Shown here: positions 62,672-64,000 of the stretch, in pieces
Numbering within the stretch: position 1 is the stretch's first letter
Layout of the letters: each line of letters begins with the position of its first letter
Source: Thalia democratica
Lineage: Eukaryota
DNA length: 64,000 bases
Reading direction: 5' to 3'
NCBI GenBank assembly: GCA_965202585.1
Contig: OZ241829.1
Coordinates: forward strand, 28,334,001-28,398,000
Position numbers and translations under genes: made by a program
Notes under the pieces: model-generated
The model's database searches: none
Told to the model about the DNA's origin: nothing
What the model saw: the letters and a program-made list of their open reading frames with translations, nothing else

Positions 62672-64000
62672 GTGCATGTTAAATTTGCTGAAACAACAAA
62701 AATGCATCAAAATAGCTGTAAAGCACTTAGCAGCGTAAGCTCTTGAATTGTTTTCCAACTTGTTGACAGTGGATTGTGCTAAAATAAAAGAGCTGAAGCT
62801 ATGCTGCTGAATAAACTGACTATTAGAACAAACAGGGTTTACTATTTAAGTGGCTCTTTTTAACACGCAGTTTTGATTGACATCAATAGGTTTATTGCAT
62901 AATTTGTTGTGATAAGTTATACGTGTGGTTGATGCGTGTACTGAATGTTATGAACTGATGTTACGTTGCTGTTGGTTACCGGGCAAACATGAACTAGAAA
63001 CGAGTTGAGTTTGTTGTAATGAACTAGCTTCAATGAATGTAGGTTAGAAATCTAGCATGCGACTCAAGTTGTAACGAGTATTAAATGCAAGTTTGTAACT
63101 GTATATTTTTGTTTTTAAAACTGTTCGTTTCCTTACAAAAGCTATTTGTTTCATTGTCTATAAATGTAGATAATGTTTATAAATTGTTACAAATATAAAA
63201 GTTTAACTGTTTTTAACATCAAAATTTTTGTAGTAATCAGATCTTAAGCTGTTTTAATATGGTTATTTATTAATTGATATCTGTATTTGACTGTTTAGTC
63301 TTGAAACTTGAAGTTTATTTTACTACTTTTCAATTTTTTTTTATTACAGTATGTTGTAAATTGTTTAAAATTTATTATAATGAATGTTTCAAGTAAAGTT
63401 TGGCTTCAAATAGTGCCTTTTATATCAAAACTTTTTATTCTTTTTCAATAACATATTCCATTTCAATTTTTTATGAGTTAAATGCACAAATTCTCTGAAA
63501 TATTTTGTTTAGATATTTTTTCAAGATGTACAGCAGCATGGCAAGCGCAAACACTTTAAGTTGTTTGTTTAAATTTGAATGTTTTGTTGAATTTTAATAT
63601 AAGTTTGTAATTTATGTTATCTTCGTTTATAGCTTTTAATAAAAACTAAATAAAACTTACAATAGATGCAAGTTTTGTGGATTGATACTTTTTAAATAAA
63701 TTTTCATGTTTCTGTCTTATGAAGAGTTTTCAAGCGGTTTTGTTTATAAATTACAAGCTAAACCATTTCGTTCCAAAGTGTGCTTTTAAGCACGCTAGTG
63801 TGCATTGAAGCTAGTTTACAATATATTATTGTAAGCCGTTGAAGTACTTTTATTCATGAATTAGTATATCATGTTTAATTTCAAAAGCTGTTTTAGTACA
63901 TCTTAAGAAAATGCAAAACTCCATGGTAGCGATTACAGTGAAACTGTGTAAGTAGTACTGTAGAAGCGCACATGCTTTCTTAGTTTTGTTATTTACCACA

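Overview
AT-rich, intron-containing metazoan (invertebrate) nuclear DNA with GC-richer exons; nothing prokaryotic and no CRISPR, rRNA or tRNA was seen. Four spliced genes were reconstructed by hand from AG/GT sites and phase continuity: (1) a 14-coding-exon LIV-1-type ZIP/SLC39 metal transporter (minus, 13657-36712, ~579 aa) with a variant HELPQE motif; (2) an unrecognised ~303-aa protein (plus, 47455-52014) whose nine introns are all phase 0; (3) a type I membrane protein with Ig-like and Sushi domains and a mucin-like stalk (minus, ~52821-57082); (4) a 76-aa secreted peptide (minus, 61186-62609). The first 10 kb is a transposon nest. A young Ty3/gypsy element (identical 104-bp LTRs, 5-bp TSD) sits inside an internally deleted hAT element that faces a second hAT copy, and a Penelope-type hammerhead ribozyme lies between the two hAT copies. 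The most striking signal is in the LTR element: it has no tRNA primer site, but the 11 nt abutting the 5' LTR are exactly complementary to an 11-mer inside the LTR (Tf1-like self-priming geometry in an element with no chromodomain), and the same 11-mer recurs directly before the polypurine tract. Also present are several MITE families, a second degenerate hammerhead, a 106-bp-arm hairpin, and tandem 'echoes' of splice sites around two exons.
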